Source: Heteronotia binoei
Lineage: Eukaryota
Length of the DNA stretch: 64,000 nucleotides
Assembly: GCF_032191835.1 (NCBI RefSeq)
Contig: NW_026799990.1
Span: 62,001-126,000, forward strand
Reading direction: 5' to 3'
Positions 59,770-64,000 of this stretch are shown here, piece by piece (the first letter of the stretch is position 1; every line of letters begins with the position of its first letter). The translations under genes were made by a program, and so were the position numbers. The notes under the pieces were generated by a model that worked only from the letters and a program-made list of their open reading frames with translations, was not told where the DNA came from and searched no databases.

Positions 59770-61400
59770 GCTTTTCATACCATCGGCTAATGGGTCGTTT
59801 TACATAATAACAAACGGGTCAGTTCAAAGGAAGGGAAAGAGGTGAATTCCACCCCCCCCCCCCACTTTCCCGTGAATCCAGCTTCCAAAAGATAAAAAGA
59901 ACAACTTTGAATGCCTGCAACAATCTGAATTTGACTGAATATAGATACTTAAATCGACCTGGAGTATGATTGAATAAATGATAAAGAGACTATTATTTGG
60001 TTATAATTTGGTCTGAACAAATGAAATGTATTCCAAAGAGATTGGTATTTGTCGTCTGAGTGCAACTGAAATGGCAACAATCAAGATATACAGCTGGTGG
60101 AGATTTGGAAGGATAGACTAACTGGATCTCTGAGTTACTTTTCAACTTTGATTATTAGACTGAGTTGTTCTGTGGAGTAAAATGGCATCACAAAGCAAAA
60201 TGCTTCATAAAAAGATACAATGGATATCATATTTTCTCTAAAGCAGGACCTTGGTTTATTAACAGAGTTGATAAAAAAGCAAATGGGAGCTTTTATGTTG
60301 AAAGCTAGCGAAAACTTGAATCTACATGGGCAGAGTGACAAAGAGATCTTGGTGATGTCTGTGGAGTTGGAAATGGAAAACGATCCGTCAGGAAACGAAA
60401 AGAAGAAAACTAAAATGGAACCTTATGGCGCAGTTACTAAGAACCGGATGTTAAAGCTGTTTGAAGTTTTTTTGAGAGGATCTAACAGCGTGGGACTTTT
60501 ACTATCATTACTGAGAGGAGTGCTTGCATTAAGGAGAGAGGATGCACATTTCATCAAAAAAATCAAAACGTTGAAAACTTTCAGGAAGAAGGGATTTTAA
60601 ATTGTTTCCCCTCTCTGTAGGTAACTGGATAATATGGAACTCTCAGCAAGATATGCGATTTTAAAAGGCAAAGTGAGATCTTTGGGACATAATAGGTTTG
60701 TTCCTCTCTGATTAATATGCACATAAGAGCTAAAGGATTGAAAAGTTTTGAAAAGAAATTTAGATAAACAGTTAACTTGGATTAATTTTTAAGAAGACAG
60801 ACAATACAATTATTTTGTAATCTGGTAGACCTGCTCTTAATATGTTTGTTTGGAGAAATTGCTTACATTGGGATAGATGAACTAATATGCTCGTTTTCCA
60901 TTTTCTTTCTTATCTCTCCACTTTTTACGTTATTTTAAATTTGATCTTTTTCTCTATTCATATGAAATATGTAAGTTAGAAGGATAAAGAAATATTTGTT
61001 TTTTATGCCTATCTAAATGATGACACTGTTAAAATAACAAGTCAGTTTGTATTTTTAATATGATTAAGCTTATTCAGTTAGTTCTGTGTTGAGACCTTGG
61101 TAACTTTTTTTATGTCTATGTTTGCTGAAGAAGAACAGTTCAGACTTGTATTTTAAGTAATAGTTTAGTAAAAAGTATACAATGGAAAATGAAGATGGTA
61201 GAATATAAGGGGAAAACTCAATACTTGCAAGTAGAAATGATTAGGTATTTTGTTTTGAGGTAAAAATGTAACTGATATATTTGCAGCTTTATTTGTTTCT
61301 GATCTCCCACTCTGTATTTCCCCCTGCCTCTTGATGTTTCTGTACTTGTGCTTATGTTTTTTCTTTTTGTAGTTAAAATTAATAAAAATTATAAAATCAC
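59770..61400 (+). mobile_element. Unclassified retroposon-like segment (possibly L1-derived, non-autonomous)
   Basis: Short coiled-coil-like ORF 60220-60600, long T-rich 3' region, ending AATAAAAATTATAAAA. No RT/EN motifs. Confidence 0.3.
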
Positions 61401-61492
61401 AAACTGTTCAAGCGCATGGGAGGTGCTTCCCTGGCCATCAGACAGCTGGGAAAGGCAACAGGAAAGTGCTTTGGAGATTTTTAAGGCAGAAG

Positions 61493-62180
61493 TAGAGTTG
61501 CCAAGACCAATTCAAGAAATATCTGGGGATTTTGAGGGTAGAGTCAGGAGACTTTGGGGGTGGAGCCAAGAGACATTGGGGGCGGAGCCAAGAACAAGGG
61601 TGTGACAAGCATCATTGAACTCCAAGGGAGTTCTGGCAGTGACATTTAAAGGGACAGCACACCTTTTAAAATGTCTTCCTTCCATAGGAAATAATGGATA
61701 GGGGCACCTTCTTTTGGGACTCATAGAATTGGACCCCCTGGTCCAATCATTTTGAAACTTCGGGGGGGCGTACTTTGAGGAGAGGTACTAGATGCTATAC
61801 TGAAAATTTGGTGCCTCTACCTCAAAAAACAGCTCCCCCAGAGCCCCCGAAACCTCCAGATCAATTCCCCATTATACCCTATGAGAATCGATCTCCACAT
61901 AGGGAATAATGAAGTGCTCAGCAGACATTTCCCTCACCCCCACATCCTGTTTCTGGCGACTCTGAGCGAGGGATTGGCCTCTCTACTCACGAGTTGCTGC
62001 CAACTTATTTAAAGTAACACAGACACACCATCCCAAGAGGAAGCCTTTCAATGGGAGACTGAAGCCTCCAGAGGTGGAAAGGCGCATGGTCGTCTGGGGG
62101 CGGGGCCTCCCCCCGCCGACCAGCTGACTGGGGGCGGGAAGGAGCCTTGGAAAACGGAAGAACCCTCGCTGGCAAGCCTA
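61493..62180. mobile_element. hAT element (TAGGGTTGCCA family)
   Basis: tagagttgcca/ggcaagccta termini; TSD ggcagaag/ggcagcag (7/8). Confidence 0.88.
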
Positions 62181-62316
62181 GGCAGCAGAGAGGCACCAGA
62201 GGATGACATAAGAGAGGGTGCAAGACAGAATCCTAATGTGTGCGTTTGAACGTAATTTATATCCGGCTGTGGGGAGTTCCTGTGTTGGCCCAAATATGCT
62301 GTCTGTATTCAGCCTA

Positions 62317-64000
62317 CAGTATGTTACAGAAGTGAGTACACCCCCTCACATTTTGTAAATATTTAAATATATCTTTTCATGTGACAACACTGAAGAAATG
62401 ACACTTGGCTACAATGTAAAGTAGTGAGTCTGCACCTTGTATAACTGTAAATGCGCTGTCCCCTCAAAATTATACAACACACAGCCATTAATGCCTAAAC
62501 TGCTGGCAACAAAAGTGAGTACACCCCTAAGTGATAATGTCCAAATGGGGCCCAAAGTGTCAATATTTTGTGGGGCCATCATTACTTTCCAGCACTGCCT
62601 TAACCCTCTTGGGCATAGAGTTCACCAGAGCTTCACAGGTTGCCACTGGAGTCCTCTTCCACTCCTCCATGACAACGTCACGTAGCTGATGGATGTTAGA
62701 GACCTTGCGCACCTCCACCTTCCGTTTCAGGATGCCCTACAGATGCTCAATAGGATTTAGGTCTGGAAACATGCTTGGCCAGTCCATCACCTTTACCCTC
62801 AGCTTCTTTAGCCAGGCAGTGGTAGTTTTGGAGGTGTGTTTGGGGTGATTATCATGATGGAATACTGCCCTGCGGCTCAGTCTCCGAAGGGAAGGGATCA
62901 TGCTCTGCTTCAGCATGTCACAATACATGTTGGCATTCATGGTTCCTTCAATGAACTATAGCTCCCCAGTGCCAGCAGCACTCAAGCAGCCCCAGAACAT
63001 GACATTGCTACAGAGGTTGAAGGGGTGGGGGGTCAGCCTGTCAGTGCTCAAACCATACGCCACAAGCTGCATCAAATTGGTCTGCAGGGCTGTTGTCCCA
63101 GAAGAAAGCCTCTTCCAAAGATGATGCATAAGAAAGCCCACAAACAGTTTGCTGCAGACAAGCAGACTAAGCACATGGATTTCTGGAACCATGTACTGTG
63201 GTCCGATGAGACCAAGATAAACTTATTTGGTTCAGATGGCATAAGCATTTGTGGTGGAAACCAGGTGAGGAGTACAAAGACAAGTGTGTCTTGCCTGCAG
63301 TCAAGCGTGGTGGTCGGAATGTCATGGTCTGGGGCTGCATGAGCGCTGCCGGCACTGGGGAGCTACAATTCATTGAGGGAACCATGAATGTCAACATGTA
63401 CTGTGACATACTGAAGCAGAGCATGATCCCCTCTCTTTGGAGACTTGGCCGCAGGGCAGTATTCCAGCATAACGACCCCAAACACACCTCCAAAATGACC
63501 ACTACCTTGCTAAAGAAGCTGAGGGTAAAGGTGATGGGCTGGCCAAGCATGTCTCCAGACCTAACCCTAACCCTATTGAGCATTTGTGGGGCATCCTGAA
63601 ACGGAAAGTGGAGGTGCTCAAGGTCTCTAACATCCACCAGCTACATGACGTCATCATGGAGGAGTGGAAGAGGACTCAAGTGGCAACCTGTGAAGCTCTG
63701 GTGAACTCTATGTCCAAGAAGGTTAAGGCAGTGCTGGAAAATAATGGTGGCCCCACAAAATATTGACACTTTGGGCTCCATTTGGACATTATCACTTAGG
63801 GGTGTACTCACTTTTGTTGCCAGCAGTTTAGACATTAATGGCTGTGTGTTGCGTAATTTTGAGGGGACAGCACATTTAGTTATACAAGCTGCAGACTCAC
63901 TACTTTACATTGTAGCCAAGTGTCATTTCTTCAGTGTTGTCACATGAAAAGATATACTTAAATATTTGCAAAATGTGGGGGATGTACTCACTTTTGTGAC
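62317..64000. mobile_element. Tc1 (DD34E, IR/DR-type) transposon derivative with internal inverted duplication; defective
   Basis: TA|CAGT start; DRs AAGTGAGTACACCCC at 62330 and 62513; transposase remnants WSDETKI, KRGGRNVMVWGC, SPDL..IEHLWG on the + strand at 63007-63766; the C-terminal half is repeated on the minus strand at 62560-63006. The right end runs just past the window. Confidence 0.93.

Noticed and set aside
39218-64000. First exons of TFB1M, the recalled downstream neighbour in mammals
   Set aside because: No TFB1M-like peptide or non-TE CpG-island promoter was found in the window.

Overview
Vertebrate genomic DNA from a squamate reptile, most likely a gecko (inferred from its Sauria, Squam3-like and 5S-derived SINEs). 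The window holds exons 5-13 of NOX3 (NADPH oxidase 3) on the + strand, 7496-39217. All nine exons have GT-AG boundaries, splice in one open frame (1367 nt including the stop) and end ...YYNKESF*. Exons 1-4 appear to lie upstream of the window, and I could not recognise a downstream gene. The rest is intronic or intergenic DNA dense in transposons: L2, CR1, RTE, a Penelope-like remnant, an APE-type LINE, many hAT and Harbinger MITEs, SINEs, solo-LTR-like segments and a rearranged Tc1. There are two assembly gaps. I found no proof of a wholly new system. The best leads are (i) a Tc1 derivative refolded into a ~690-bp-arm inverted duplication (Mu-killer-like architecture), (ii) a structurally intact Penelope-type minimal hammerhead ribozyme antisense in NOX3 intron 9, with decayed sister copies, one of which carries the first canonical AATAAA after the NOX3 stop, (iii) a hAT element carrying a palindrome-of-palindromes, (iv) an unclassified 2.2-kb GC-rich TIR-bounded element, (v) a multi-level TE nest in intron 10, and (vi) a Pro-to-Ser change in the conserved NOX H-P motif. 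Family and paralog assignments come from recalled consensus sequences, not database searches.
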